From: Octopus bimaculoides
Lineage: Eukaryota
Assembly (NCBI RefSeq): GCF_001194135.2
Contig: NC_068990.1
Location: 82,382,996-82,446,995, forward strand
Length of the DNA stretch: 64,000 bases
Reading direction: 5' to 3'
The notes under the pieces were generated by a model. It was not told the DNA's origin and made no database searches. It saw nothing but the letters and a program-made list of their open reading frames with translations. The position numbers and the translations under genes are program-made. Positions within the stretch are counted from its first letter, which is position 1. Each line of letters begins with the position of its first letter. Below, in pieces: positions 51,747-64,000 of this stretch.

Positions 51747-51750
51747 TTGG
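51470..51750. repeat. (TA)n/(TG)n/(CA)n compound microsatellite
   Basis: Direct reading. Confidence 0.95.
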
Positions 51751-53395
51751 TTTGCGTATGTATCTTGTTCTCCTTTATTTTTGTTTATTTCTACAATTCT
51801 TCCTTTCTACATCTCTCTTTCCCCCCTCCCTCTCATTTTCTTATTCTTTCTCTCCCTTGCTCATTATTACTCTTTATACTTCAGAATAGCAATTTCTTTC
51901 GTTTTTATCTGTATGCACGTACTTTTTTCAATCCCTACTTGTCTGATATTTTTCATATATCTATATGTATATATATATATATATATATATACATACATAC
52001 ACATAAGTGAGCATCTATAAATCAAATCTGTTTGTGTGAATATGTTATTATGTTATTATTTATTTAATATTAGTTATTGTTTAGTCTTAGGAAGAAGTAC
52101 GTGTCCGCCCATATTCTTTTGCAATGCTATAATTTACATTGAGGAATAGAGATATCTTGCACATGATTATTTCGCGATATTTATTTTTCAGCGCTTGGAG
52201 ATATGTATTATGAAATTTTCTTTCTCGGCTTCACACAGAGCAAAATATACGCTTCCAGCAAACGGCAAATGTGGCCTGTGGTCCTGTTTCAATTATTCAG
52301 TGAAATGATTCCTCCTCATTTATACTCAAAATGACTCTCATCAAGGGTTCTTTTACCCTAGAAATAGTCGACCTCAACTGAGTTAACAATGAGTAGTTGA
52401 GTGTTTAAGTATATAGGTTACAGAATTTACATTTTGGCAATAGTACCTTAAGTGACCTACATCTAACAATCTCTTTCAAGTTGAGGCAGCAACTGTAAGA
52501 AACGTTAACTGAACAACAATTGAAAATTTTGTTATACTTATGGCTATTAGGTAAATGCTCATCTATCAAAGTTCGGAATTTTCTACTTTAAGATTTAAAG
52601 GGAAAGATGGGGAAAGAATCTTATAATATTTTAAGGACTATTTTGCGGAAATGAGTGCAAGCTACCTTCTTTTTGAAGCCACTGTCATCCAGGGCGTTAT
52701 TATAGTAGGATGAATTCACATCGAATACTTTTTAGGGGAGGTGGGATGAGATATTCTATTGCTAATATTAGCTAAAAGGATTTTAAAGTCGATAGGAGGA
52801 TGACGAGATTTTATATGTATATATGTGAATTTTCCATTACGTCTATTGTAGTGCTTGTAAGAACACAATTTTAGACCAATGGCGTGAGAAGATTTTAGTA
52901 TATCTAATATAAACATACCTACTAGATAATAAATAACAGCAATGTCATATCGGTGTATAGGATTAGTAGTTTAAAAATCCTAAGATATCATAACAATAGA
53001 ATTAGGAAGACTGTTAAACTACAGCAATTGGCAAATAACAACAATGTCACGAACGGGTTTAGGAATATAAGAAAGCTAAATTCACACATTTCGATATCGT
53101 AGATTTTTATTCCTCGATATCGGAACCTTTGCTAGATAAGGTAGTTGACTTCACCGGAAAAAAAATCGCCATTGACGAAATAGATCTTGACTTTATCCTG
53201 TAAGTGTTAAAACCCCCATGAATGTGATCAAAAACATCTGAAACAAGAATTGTTTGATATATCGATGGGATCGTATGTAATATTGTGATTTAGTAGCTCA
53301 CTCTCAACATTAGATGCACTAAGATCTAACTTCCCTTCCACGACACTGGTCTACACTATCTTAATGAGACGGACACAAATCTCCTTGCAGATAGG

Positions 53396-53488
53396 AGAGA
53401 GAGACACACACACACTCTTACTCTCTCTCTCTCTCTTTGACGCACACACGTTCTCTCTCACACACACGCACACACAAACACACACGCA

Positions 53489-53557
<69 letters not shown>

Positions 53558-53914
53558 GCATACACACACAACAAGCGACATTAGTTTAACGCTGCCTCTC
53601 GGTTTGACTTTCGTAGAGATCTTTCTCTTACAAAACTTGGAATGAAGCCCCGACTTCCTTCAACTCCTACGTCATTAGCTCGGGAGTAGCTGCAAGGATC
53701 ATGGACTCCGCCCCTCCTACAGTAAAAGTTATTGGAATGAAACGCTTATTTCTCACTCGTCTCTCTATCTAAAGTTATTTATCATGTGTTAACTTCCATT
53801 CCTCTCTTTCCCTCTCACCATATTCCAACAGCAGTTTATTTAGGTTTATTCTCTCATACGATCTTCCTCTTTCGCTCCACTATCTCACTCTTGCTTCCAC
53901 TCTTCATCACCCTT

Positions 53915-53958
<44 letters not shown>

Positions 53959-53975
53959 TCTTTCTNNNNNNNNNN

Positions 53976-54025
<50 letters not shown>

Positions 54026-54183
54026 AACTTTTCTTCATCATACCTCTGCCTAATTTCATTTTTACTTTATTTCATCATAATCTCTGGAGAAACACCCGTC
54101 TAAATGAGATTTCCACAAGCAACTATCACCACTTCCTACACCAATACTATTAACGCCAACATCACCACCATCATCACCAACCG

Positions 54184-54245
<62 letters not shown>

Positions 54246-54340
54246 AACACAACATCAACTTCACCATCACTACAACCACCATCACTGCCGCAAACACCAC
54301 TACCACCACCTACAACAACAGCAACAACAACGACGACAAG
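53396..54340. repeat. Cluster of (CT)n, (CA)n and (CTA)n/(CAC)n microsatellites
   Basis: Tracts at 53396-53570, 53910-54022 and 54120-54340. Confidence 0.9.
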
Positions 54341-54714
54341 TACAAGCCAACGAGTGAGCTTCTTAGTTGTCGCTCGTGCTGCAAGAAATAGCAGCTAAAT
54401 CTTCCTCAACTCATATCGTACCGCCTTTAAAAGTGCCACCATGGGTTCCCTACAACTGGGACGGTAAGATCGGAGCTAAACAACAACACAAACATTACAC
54501 CTGCTCGCATTCCCATCATAACCGTCTGCATCGTCACCACCATCCTCGTTCTTGTCACCACCACCACCACCACCCTCACCTTTTACATTTTGCTCGTCAC
54601 CATCAACCCCATTCTTGTTACCACCACCGCAACCACCACCACCACTGTCACCATCACCGTCGCCCCTCACCCCTGTCACCACATTAACCTTTTACCTTTT
54701 ATTCGTTTGAGCAT

Positions 54715-54795
54715 TTTTTTAAAGCCTGATACTTATTCTGTCGATCTGCTTTGCCGAACTACTAAGTTACGGGGTCGTAAACACATCACATGCCA
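54715..54795 (-). mobile_element. SINE family B internal fragment
   Basis: aagcctgatacttattctgtcgatc...ttgccgaactactaagttacggggtcgtaaacac. Confidence 0.7.
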
Positions 54796-55133
54796 ACACA
54801 TACACCCATCCACACAAACACTTCATGTAAAACTGCAATTTAGAAGATACCTCAGTGAGTGTCTGGTTTTTGTTCGTGTTATTGTTGCCGTGTTGTGCAA
54901 GGTCAGTCCTTATAAGGGCAGACCTATCATTAGTATTGCTGTTATTGAAGCTGTGGTTTTTGCTATTGTATGTGTGTAGCGGCGGAGCGATCAGGATACG
55001 AAAGACATTTTGACCCGTTTAAAAGCATTAACGCGGTTTTAAACTATTTAAACTTGTAGATAAAGATAACAAAAAATACAGAACAAAACCACATGAATGC
55101 CAACTGTATTTTGTCTTCTTGAATTGGACTAAA

Positions 55134-55325
55134 GATGTGGTAGAATTGCAGAATGGTTAGAGCGTCAGATAAAAAAGCTCAGATGATTTATATTCTAAGT
55201 TCAAATCCCGCCGAGGTGAACTTTACTTTTCATTCTTTCGTCGTCGGTACAAGTCAGATATTGAAGTTACATTAATCAGCAAAGTCCTATTCACTAAAAT
55301 CCAAACCTTGTACTAATACTAGGAA
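55134..55325 (+). mobile_element. SINE family A, degenerate
   Basis: gcagaatggttagagcgtcagataaaa...aagttcaaatcccgccgaggtgaactttacttttcattctttcg. Confidence 0.7.
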
Positions 55326-55461
55326 CAATTGCTAAAGCGGTGGTGGGACCATATATTTTGACAGCTGCCACGTTTCATTGAGGCAGCTCGACTTGCTGGA
55401 AGTAGCAGTCAAGTCTCACTGGGATGACATTATTGTTTTCAGAGAAGTGAATGATGTGGAC

Positions 55462-55504
55462 GTCTCTGATGAGAACCCAACAAGGTTCGAAAATCGATTA
55501 AGAT
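55462..55504 (+). ncRNA. Minimal type I hammerhead ribozyme, canonical core
   Basis: GUCU-CUGAUGA-GAACC(caacaa)GGUUC-GAAA-AUCGAU-UA-AGAU. All core residues are intact, with a 5-bp helix II, palindromic AAUCGAUU helix III, UUA triplet (cleavage after 55500) and 4-bp helix I. Confidence 0.8.
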
Positions 55505-55518
55505 TTTTCATAATTTTT

Positions 55519-55886
55519 GGCGCAGGAGTGGCTGCGAGGTAAGTAGCTTGCTTACCAACCACATGGTACCGGGTTCAGTCCCACTGCCTCGGGCCGACCA
55601 AAGCCTTGTGAGTGGATTTGGTAGACGGAAATTGAAAAGAAGCCCGTCGTATATATGTAAATGTATATATATATATGTGTGTGTGTGTCTGTGTTTGTCC
55701 CCCGAAACATCGCTTGACAACCGATGCTGGTGTGTTTACGTCCCCGTAACTTTGCGGTACGGCAAAAGAGACCGATAGAATAAGTACTAGGCTTTCAAAT
55801 AAGAAGTCCTGGGGTCGGTTTGCTCGACTAAAGGCGGTGTCCCAGCATGACCACAGTCAAATGACTGAAACAAGCAAAAGAGTAAA
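55519..55886 (+). mobile_element. SINE family B, near full length
   Basis: ggcgcaggagtggctgcgaggtaagtagcttgcttaccaaccacatggtaccgggttcagtccc head, internal (TA)(TG) tract, 3' half to aaaagagtaaa. Confidence 0.92.
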
Positions 55887-56099
55887 TATTAAACCCTTAG
55901 ATACATCGTCCCTGGAATATTAAGACCGCGTGACCATGGCTGGCCTGCCTTAGAACAAAGACTCACCTGAGGTTAAACAACGAGATCAACATGGTCATTA
56001 AAAGCGAGGAGTACATGAACATGTTAGCATCATCAACAATATCACCAACACCAACATGGTCATTATAATCAAAATTGCCACAATTAACCATACCATCAC

Positions 56100-56461
56100 T
56101 AATGGTGGTTGGCACTCCGTCGGTTACGACGACGAGGGTTCCAGTTGATCCGATCAGCGGAACAGCCGGCTCGTGAAATTAACGTGCAAGTGACTGAGCA
56201 CTCCACGGGGATATTCAGCGTGACACAGTGTGACAAGGCTGGCCCTTTGAATTACAGGCACATCAGAAACAGGAAGTAAGAGTGAGAGAAAGTTGTGGGG
56301 AAAGAGTACAGCAGGGTTCGCCACCATCCCCCTGCCGGAGCCTCGTGGAGCTTTAGGTGTTATCGCTCAATAAACATTCACAACACCCGATCTGGGAATC
56401 GAAACCGCGATCCTACGACCGCGAGTTCGCTGCCCTAACCACTGGGCCATTGCGCTTCTAC
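56100..56461 (-). mobile_element. tRNA-derived SINE, family D, well preserved
   Basis: Reverse complement head gaagcgcaatggcccagtggttagggcagcgaactcgcggtcgtaggatcgcggtttcgattcccagatcggg (A and B boxes), followed by about 280 nt of GC-rich body. Confidence 0.88.
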
Positions 56462-58167
56462 ACCATCACTAATAACAATAGTCAAATAACAATAACCATC
56501 ATCACTACTACTATGGGATCTTCTTCCTTTTTTTCCCCACCACTTGANNNNNNNNNNNNNNNNNNNNNNNNNNNNNNNNNNNNNNNNNNNNNNNNNNNNN
56601 NNNNNNNNNNNNNNNNNNNNNNNNNNNNNNNNNNNNNNNNNNNNNNNNNNNNNNNNNNNNNNNNNNNNNNNNNNNNNNNNNNNNNNNNNNNNNNNNNNNN
56701 NNNNNNNNNNNNNNNNNNNNNNNNNNNNNNNNNNNNNNNNNNNNNNNNNNNNNNNNNNNNNNNNNNNNNNNNNNNNNNNNNNNNNNNNNNNNNNNNNNNN
56801 NNNNNNNNNNNNNNNNNNNNNNNNNNNNNNNNNNNNNNNNNNNNNNNNNNNNNNNNNNNNNNNNNNNNNNNNNNNNNNNNNNNNNNNNNNNNNNNNNNNN
56901 NNNNNNNNNNNNNNNNNNNNNNNNNNNNNNNNNNNNNNNNNNNNNNNNNNNNNNNNNNNNNNNNNNNNNNNNNNNNNNNNNNNNNNNNNNNNNNNNNNNN
57001 NNNNNNNNNNNNNNNNNNNNNNNNNNNNNNNNNNNNNNNNNNNNNNNNNNNNNNNNNNNNNNNNNNNNNNNNNNNNNNNNNNNNNNNNNNNNNNNNNNNN
57101 NNNNNNNNNNNNNNNNNNNNNNNNNNNNNNNNNNNNNNNNNNNNNNNNNNNNNNNNNNNNNNNNNNNNNNNNNNNNNNNNNNNNNNNNNNNNNNNNNNNN
57201 NNNNNNNNNNNNNNNNNNNNNNNNNNNNNNNNNNNNNNNNNNNNNNNNNNNNNNNNNNNNNNNNNNNNNNNNNNNNNNNNNNNNNNNNNNNNNNNNNNNN
57301 NNNNNNNNNNNNNNNNNNNNNNNNNNNNNNNNNNNNNNNNNNNNNNNNNNNNNNNNNNNNNNNNNNNNNNNNNNNNNNNNNNNNNNNNNNNNNNNNNNNN
57401 NNNNNNNNNNNNNNNNNNNNNNNNNNNNNNNNNNNNNNNNNNNNNNNNNNNNNNNNNNNNNNNNNTATATATATATATATATATCAATACAAAGGCACCT
57501 AAATGCACTCAGAACATCCAATGCTGACTTCTAGGTAACTGCAATGGGGAATCGTTCCTATGAATTAACAATTTATACTTGTGTTCATCCTCATTTTGCA
57601 CTCCGTACGCTCTGTATATCAAGACGAGTTATACACCTATCTGGAGCTATATCTTATACAATAATACTTGTACGTACATCTAATTGTACATTCACAATAT
57701 ACGTATGTTGCGTGGTGCGGTACCTTTTCGAGTTCGTCATACATTCGAAGAATGTAATACATTCTTTGAGTGTATTACGGTCTCCTGAAGGTATATACGA
57801 AAAGGAAATTGTTTGCATAGACCTCCCATAAATGATTTTTGTATTTTCATCAATCCCTAATTCTTTACAGAACTGACTTGTCGCCAGCAGAATTAATTAA
57901 TGAATCAATGTTGTCATGCTAACAAACAGTGGCCTAAAATTGATTGACTAGAATTACTTTATTTTAAATGCTTTTAACTTCTTTAATATAGCTATTCCTA
58001 AATGATAATTGCGATATTCATCATATCAAAAGTACATTTCTTGAAATTGTTTCAGATAAAGATTTTGAGGTGGAAAGAAAAACGAAAAATATCTATGTTA
58101 AGAATATATACCCTTGGGAACATTTACTAATATAATAACCATTACTATCTCCACTAACAATACAAAA

Positions 58168-58171
58168 TATC

Positions 58172-58217
<46 letters not shown>

Positions 58218-59025
58218 CCATCACAATCATCATCATCATCATCGTCATCATCATCGTCATCATCATCGTCATCATCGTCATCATCACCATCACAATCATC
58301 ATCGTCATCATCATCATCATCACCATCACAATCATCATCATCATCATCATCATCATCGTCATCATCGTCATCATCGTCATCGTCGTCGTCGTCGTCGTCA
58401 TCATCATCAGTAGCACAACACTAACTTTATGGCAACCATTACTTTCGCGACTATCATTAATTACAATCCCCACTGTCACCACCACCACCACCACCACCAC
58501 TACCACTACCACGACTACCACCACCACTACGACAGCCATCACCACCGCCGCCGGAAAACAACTACAAAAGTAACAGCAGCAGCAGCAATATCAGCTGCAA
58601 TATCAACCATCACTACTCAAAACCACCTCCATCTTGATTAACAACCGCCATAACAAAAATGAGGAGGAGAATGACAAGGCCGTCGACCACGACGGCCATG
58701 ACAGCAACAACAACAACAACAACAACAACGACAACTGTAGGAACAGCAACAACGGTATTATTACCATCATTATAATATCACAACTAATACCAACATTATC
58801 AGCCCCATCCACACCATGATTATCGCCATCACCAGGAGCATCACTATAAAAAAAACCCAAAAAAAACCCAGACAAAATAAACATCGTCTTCAGCATCAGT
58901 ACTACCATCAAGGAAAGGAAGTTCACCATCCTCATCCTCATCCGCATCCTCCTCATCATTATCATCCTCATCATCATCATCATTACCATCATCATCATCT
59001 TCATCCTCATCCTCCTCATCATTAC

Positions 59026-59061
<36 letters not shown>

Positions 59062-59160
59062 GAATCATCACCATCCCAACCAACTACCCCAACCCAAACG
59101 CCATCAAGAAGAAGAAGAAGAACAACAACAACAACAACAACAATAATCTCATCAACAAGA
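58168..59160. repeat. Long complex trinucleotide array (CAT/CGT/CAC/CAA/CCT/GAA)
   Basis: Direct reading; explains the poly-H/M/D ORFs. Confidence 0.95.
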
Positions 59161-59521
59161 AGAGACAGATAGCAGAACAATTTAATGTGTGCCGACGAGA
59201 TAAGAACCAGTCTTCAAAAGACACCGGCATTGATGTTAGAGCCAAAACAGACCAATATATACCATAGAATATAAGCATTAGGGGCATTATCATTTCGTTG
59301 ATTGAAGTAGATACAGCCATTATTGGTCTTTTATTTTCACTGATGATAACTCACATTCTGCCAGTCAGTCTGTTTATTTATCTATTTGTCCGCCAGTTTA
59401 TCCCTCAGTTTGTTTGTTCAATTTTTTCGAGTCCTTCTTTGTCACATCCCCCCACTTTCTTCCATTTTTTTCACAGAGACATATACATACTCTGTATACA
59501 TATATATATCTACATATTTAT

Positions 59522-59572
<51 letters not shown>

Positions 59573-59989
59573 GATAGATAGATATATACATACTCTGTGA
59601 GTAAGTATGTGTTTACGTATGCATACACATGCATACCCACACGCACACGCACATATGTGGTTGGCAAAATTAAAAATAGCTATTTAACTGCTGTACGTAT
59701 TCACTTCTGTAATAGATAATGTTTAATTTGATTTTAATATTTCTCTATGTATGTTATAACCTACACGAAAATAGACAAATAAATACACATATACAAGCAT
59801 ACCTACATACGTGTATGCGTATATAAATATCCAAACTTATATACATACATACATACATACATACATACATACATACACACGCGCATACACACATGAACGC
59901 ATATATTCGCGTATAGCTATGTGCATATCAACATAGATAAGTTTATAAATGATGCAGATATACATCCGGACTTTTAAGATATTATGGGT

Positions 59990-59996
59990 GTGTATG

Positions 59997-60062
<66 letters not shown>

Positions 60063-60440
60063 NNNNNNNNNNGTGTGTGTGTGTATGTATATATATGTAT
60101 GTATGTATATATACATATTTACATACATATTTATTTACATATATATACATATTTATATACATACGTATATATATATATACATACATATATATACACACAT
60201 ATAAATATTTTATACATATGTATATATATTTATATATATATGTATACATATATATATATGTATATGTATTCATATATATATATATGTATATAATGTATGT
60301 GTATATATATGTATGTGTATATATATATATATGTGTGTGTGTTTGGGTGTGTACGTGTATGTATTTCATAATTTATATATTATATATATCATGTGTTATA
60401 TTACATACTATATATATGTCTGTGAGCGTATGTATGTATG
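59990..60440. repeat. (TA)n/(TG)n compound microsatellite
   Basis: Direct reading. Confidence 0.95.
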
Positions 60441-61214
60441 TACCTTTGTAAGTATATATGTTTTTTATGTATCTATGGCTGATGAGAACAAGGTTGCTGC
60501 TGCCAGGTCCGTCTTTCCGGGATTGGGAGCTAAAAGCCCACTTGGGTAAAAAGCGGAAATCCTTAGAAAATGTCGCCTCAACATTCCTAAGGCTGGATAT
60601 GATACTGATATTAAAAGCACACGAGTAGGTTATTGCGTTAGAGCTCGCTCTTTTCTGGGAGGACCGAATTGAAGAGACAAATGCGATGTATGAGTTGGAA
60701 ATAAGTTGATCTGGTGGTGTTATCGCAAAGCAATTGGCTAGCAGGCAAGGGTTGACCCATCAAGGTAGGATGCAGAATGTCTGCAGGTCAATCCCTTCGC
60801 AGCTCTTACTACATGGTGGACATCACAGGGTTCGGTAGGCAAAGGACCATCAAAGTGTTTGTAGAGATATCAGAGATTGTTTCGTGGTAGCTGTGGATCA
60901 CAATTACAAAGTGTGAGGTTTAGAAAAGGCATTACTACCAGGTGTATAGTGCTAATTAAACAGAAGCTGGTGCGGGATCAACCTTGATTGAAAAATCCAA
61001 AGCACCTGCTGACCCCAGGAAACATTACTGATGATGTGTCTAGGTGCATCAAAGAAAGATGCACGTAAGTATGTGTATATGTGTATGTGGGCGGGTGGCG
61101 GTGCGTCTTTGAGTGTTTGTGTGTGAGCATTGCTTACGTGAAATTGTATATTAAAGCATCGTTGGCAAAGTCTTCGCTTATGTGGTCCTAAGTAGACAAC
61201 AGAAAATCACTGAA

Positions 61215-61900
61215 TGGGTCAGAACGCAGTTCATTTTCGATTTGATCTTCTAATCTTTTCCCGACAACTACCAGAAAAATGTAGAGAACAAGGGCAACTA
61301 CTCTACATCGCATTCGTTGACCTTACAAGGTCCGAGCAGAGACTTGTTAAAAAATTCTTGCCAAGATCATTGCGTTGCTTCAGAGGTCATACAGGATTGT
61401 TCAGTTTTCCATACAGGCATGTTGTCTAAGTTATGTCTCTTCCTCGGAATTCTTCAGCATTCGCATTGCAAGGAAACAGGACTGTATGCTCGCACCCACT
61501 CTGCTTGACATCTTCACCGACATCAACTGATGGTGTTTACGTTCACACAAGAACAAACAATACCAAGAACAGAACCAACAATAGCAACTACTTTCTGTCA
61601 TATAAAGGAAGCATGATAAATTCTTGTGACGTGTAAAATGTTGTGGACATAGCCTTGGCCTCCATCTGGTTGTTTCATTTAGTAACAGCCACCATGTCCT
61701 GTCTTTCACTTCACCCGTACCCAATTGTGCATCATACGCCTTGAAAATTCTTTTAATTTTGAGACTTACGTCGGTGCTACATTCTTCTTTTCCTCATGTG
61801 GATGCCTCAGCAAATAATCATCGGTTTATCTGGGGGTTTCATAACCCTAGGTCGAGAAATATTGTGCTTGTACTTTCGCAAGTACAAATCTTTCCCCGCC
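61215..61900 (+). mobile_element. RTE-clade LINE reverse-transcriptase fossil
   Basis: DLLIFSRQLPEKCREQGQLLYIAFVDLT (cf. RQLQEKCREQxxPLYIAFIDLTKAFD), VFHTGM, KQDCMLAPTL (cf. KQGCVLAPTLF) and TDGVYVHTRT, in order with frameshifts. Confidence 0.88.
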
Positions 61901-62546
61901 AGAGACATGTTATTGCCAGTTGTTTTGCGATGGATTTGAAGGAAATGTTGTTGATGTTGTTGATATTGTTGCTGTTGTTACTGTCTTTGTCAGTGCAGTT
62001 GTTATCGCCATGGCAACTGCGGTTTATTCAATTATTGTTGTTGGTTTTGATATTATTATTCGTGTAGTTACATTTCATATTGTTAGTGCTGGCGCTGTTG
62101 TTGATACAGTCGTTGCTATTTTGGCTACAACGAATGCAAGCGAACACTGCCTCACCTTAGTATTTTGCTACTAAATTTGCCAGTGAAATACTTCTGATGA
62201 GGACATCAACACTCAGCGAAGAACGGCAAGCAAACACATTTTCTTTTACACTCCTCTTTTCTTACCTTTCTTTGAAAAAAAAAAAAACAGATGCAATTCA
62301 TTTTTAAAGCTTTCTAAAAGAAAGATATTCAGCAGAAGATATTATCGAAGTGGGCGTTGTGCCTGTACCGTAAATAATTTGAGTGGGTGGCTTTCTCCAT
62401 GAGAGCTCAGATTTACTTGAAACACAACGAAAAGTGATTTCACTGACAGGTAACGACAGATCTAAATGGAATTTAGGAAAACAAAAAGAAGCCTCATAGG
62501 TAATACTGATATTTCAGCGTGGGTTCCTCATTTTCAGGGCGAAGGC

Positions 62547-62587
<41 letters not shown>

Positions 62588-63122
62588 GATGTACCAGGCA
62601 CTGGCTCTCATAGCTTTTGTTTTTAAGTGATTGGAAATGTTATCATGTACATTGTTTTGTCTTGGTGTCAAAGATGAGCTACAGCAAATATTCTGCTCAA
62701 TACTACAGATTTGCTTGTCAGTTGTTTGACCTTAACTAGTTAAAAATGTCCCTTAGTGGCTGGCAATATGTGCACCTTTGATCACGTACAAAGGTAGTGG
62801 GGCGGGGGAGCATCATAGCCATGCGTCGAAAGGAATTCTTTGGTGCTTTAAATAATTCACATTTGGAAACATGGATGTTTCGTTCAACATCCTTAAACAA
62901 ATCTTGTTCAGGGACATTTTGAGCGGGTTGGGCTACTCGACCAGAAGAAAATTCTAACTGGGCCCTACCTGCAAGGTAATGTGCTGTTTCCCTTGGTCTG
63001 AGATCATCCTGTCGTGCACATATGGTTGTGATGCATATGTTTGGTGTACACTTATCAGACACGTAGTCATGATGGGTATACTGGATTCGTATATTTTGAC
63101 CCAGTATCACTATGATGGCACC
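62588..63122 (+). mobile_element. About 535 bp non-coding dispersed element in (TAA)n, copy 2
   Basis: Colinear with 10753-11311; (TAA)n on both sides (62547-62587, 63123-63200). Confidence 0.85.
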
Positions 63123-63142
63123 CAATAATAAATAATAGTAGC

Positions 63143-63199
<57 letters not shown>

Positions 63200-63200
<1 letters not shown>

Positions 63201-63350
63201 GGAATTATGTACATTATTTACATTATTTACATTTGACGGATATTTGTCTTCATCTTGCTTGTTGTTAACACAACATTTCGGCTGATATACTTTCCAGCCT
63301 TCATCAGGTGTCTTGGGGAAATTTAAAACCTGGATTCTCATTCTTAAGGT
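63200..63350 (-). mobile_element. Penelope-like terminal fragment carrying a hammerhead variant
   Basis: Minus strand contains ctgatgaaggctg...cagccgaaa, the signature type seen at Penelope-like element ends. Confidence 0.55.
63267..63312 (-). ncRNA. Minimal hammerhead variant
   Basis: GACAC-CUGAUGA-A-GGCUG(gaaaguauau)CAGCC-GAAA-UG-UU-GUGUU. Helix I GACAC/GUGUU. Extra A after the core. Confidence 0.5.
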
Positions 63351-63382
63351 ATTTTTCTTTGTTGTTGTTGTTGTTGTTGTTG

Positions 63383-63600
63383 CAGGATGATAGGATAGTG
63401 GAAAGAGAAATGAGAGGGAACGTTCCCATGGAGATACAGGAATCAGATAGAAAATCTAGGAAGTTACACATAAAGTACAATCTGCAGCACCAAATAATAT
63501 CAACAAGCTCTACCAAGATAGAAGGCAGAGATTTGTTAGACGCATAAGACACAATCAGTATTGAGAAATAGGGTATTAAAAAAACTGTTAAGGAAATATA
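63383..63600 (+). mobile_element. Dong/R4-clade RT C-terminal fragment
   Basis: ESDRKSRKLHIKYNLQHQII...STKIEGRDLLDA resembles LDRKTRKxLTMxxxHHPK...RKxGGRGL of R4/Dong elements. In-frame stops follow. Confidence 0.6.
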
Positions 63601-64000
63601 AATATCCAAAAAGTATAAGAATTAAACAATAAAAAAAAAAAAAAGAAAGCTTAAAAAAGAAGAAATTATATAAACCTATTCATGTAACAAACAAAGTATG
63701 CTGGAAGTAAAGAACGGTGGATGTGGCTGACAGAATGAAATCTGAAAAGTGCCATCTATATTCAGCAAGAAACCTAAGAAGATTCTTGAGATTTGTGGAG
63801 AATTGTTGTCATCAAACCCCGAGACAACATTCCTGCTAACTAAAGTAACATGTAATAAGTTTATAATGACAACAACAAAAACAACAATATGAAACACCGT
63901 AGAAAATATAAAGTGAATATTATTTCATAAAATGAATCTACAAATGTAATGAAAAGCATTTGCATACGTAATGCACATGTATTCATATATATATATATAT

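Noticed and set aside
54367-54979. His-rich 106-aa ORF and the overlapping 129-aa ORF as intact proteins
   Set aside because: The His-rich tail is CAC/CAT microsatellite, and the 129-aa ORF runs through a SINE fragment. Only the first 97 nt are kept as an exon candidate.
56370-56461. Apparent tRNA gene, and similar heads at 3230-3300, 29293 and 55519
   Set aside because: A/B boxes are present, but each continues into a SINE body and I could not fold a complete cloverleaf.
58093-59172. Poly-His/Met/Asp/Val ORFs
   Set aside because: Translations of a complex trinucleotide array, open on both strands, with no splice or codon evidence.
60478-60500. CTGATGAGAACAAGGTT resembling the 55466 hammerhead start
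   Set aside because: No GAAA core or helix III follows.
62195-62225. CTGATGAGG...GCGAAG, and other isolated CUGANGA hits (3447 minus, 39447 minus, 59345, 61029)
   Set aside because: Helix II does not form, or GAAA is missing.

Overview
AT-rich animal genomic DNA from a draft short-read assembly. It has 17 N-gaps totalling about 5.6 kb, nearly all flanked by microsatellites. The tRNA-derived SINE types and extreme microsatellite density point to an octopus (inference from remembered repeat sequences, no search run). No gene can be confidently identified: almost every ORF in the track is an artefact of N-runs, microsatellites or SINEs, so the window is most likely intronic or intergenic, with a few low-confidence exon candidates on both strands. 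About 27 SINE copies fall into four families. Other elements are: fossils of Tigger/pogo and mariner transposases; hAT-, Kolobok- and TA-flanked MITEs; RTE-clade and Dong/R4-clade LINE fragments; and two copies of a 540-560 bp element embedded in (TAA)n. The most notable signal is five unrelated loci carrying minimal type I hammerhead-ribozyme motifs with palindromic helix III, the dimer-type motif known from Penelope-like elements and retrozymes. One, at 55462-55504, is fully canonical. One locus (3673-4048) is an inverted pair whose two decayed arms together reconstruct a complete hammerhead.
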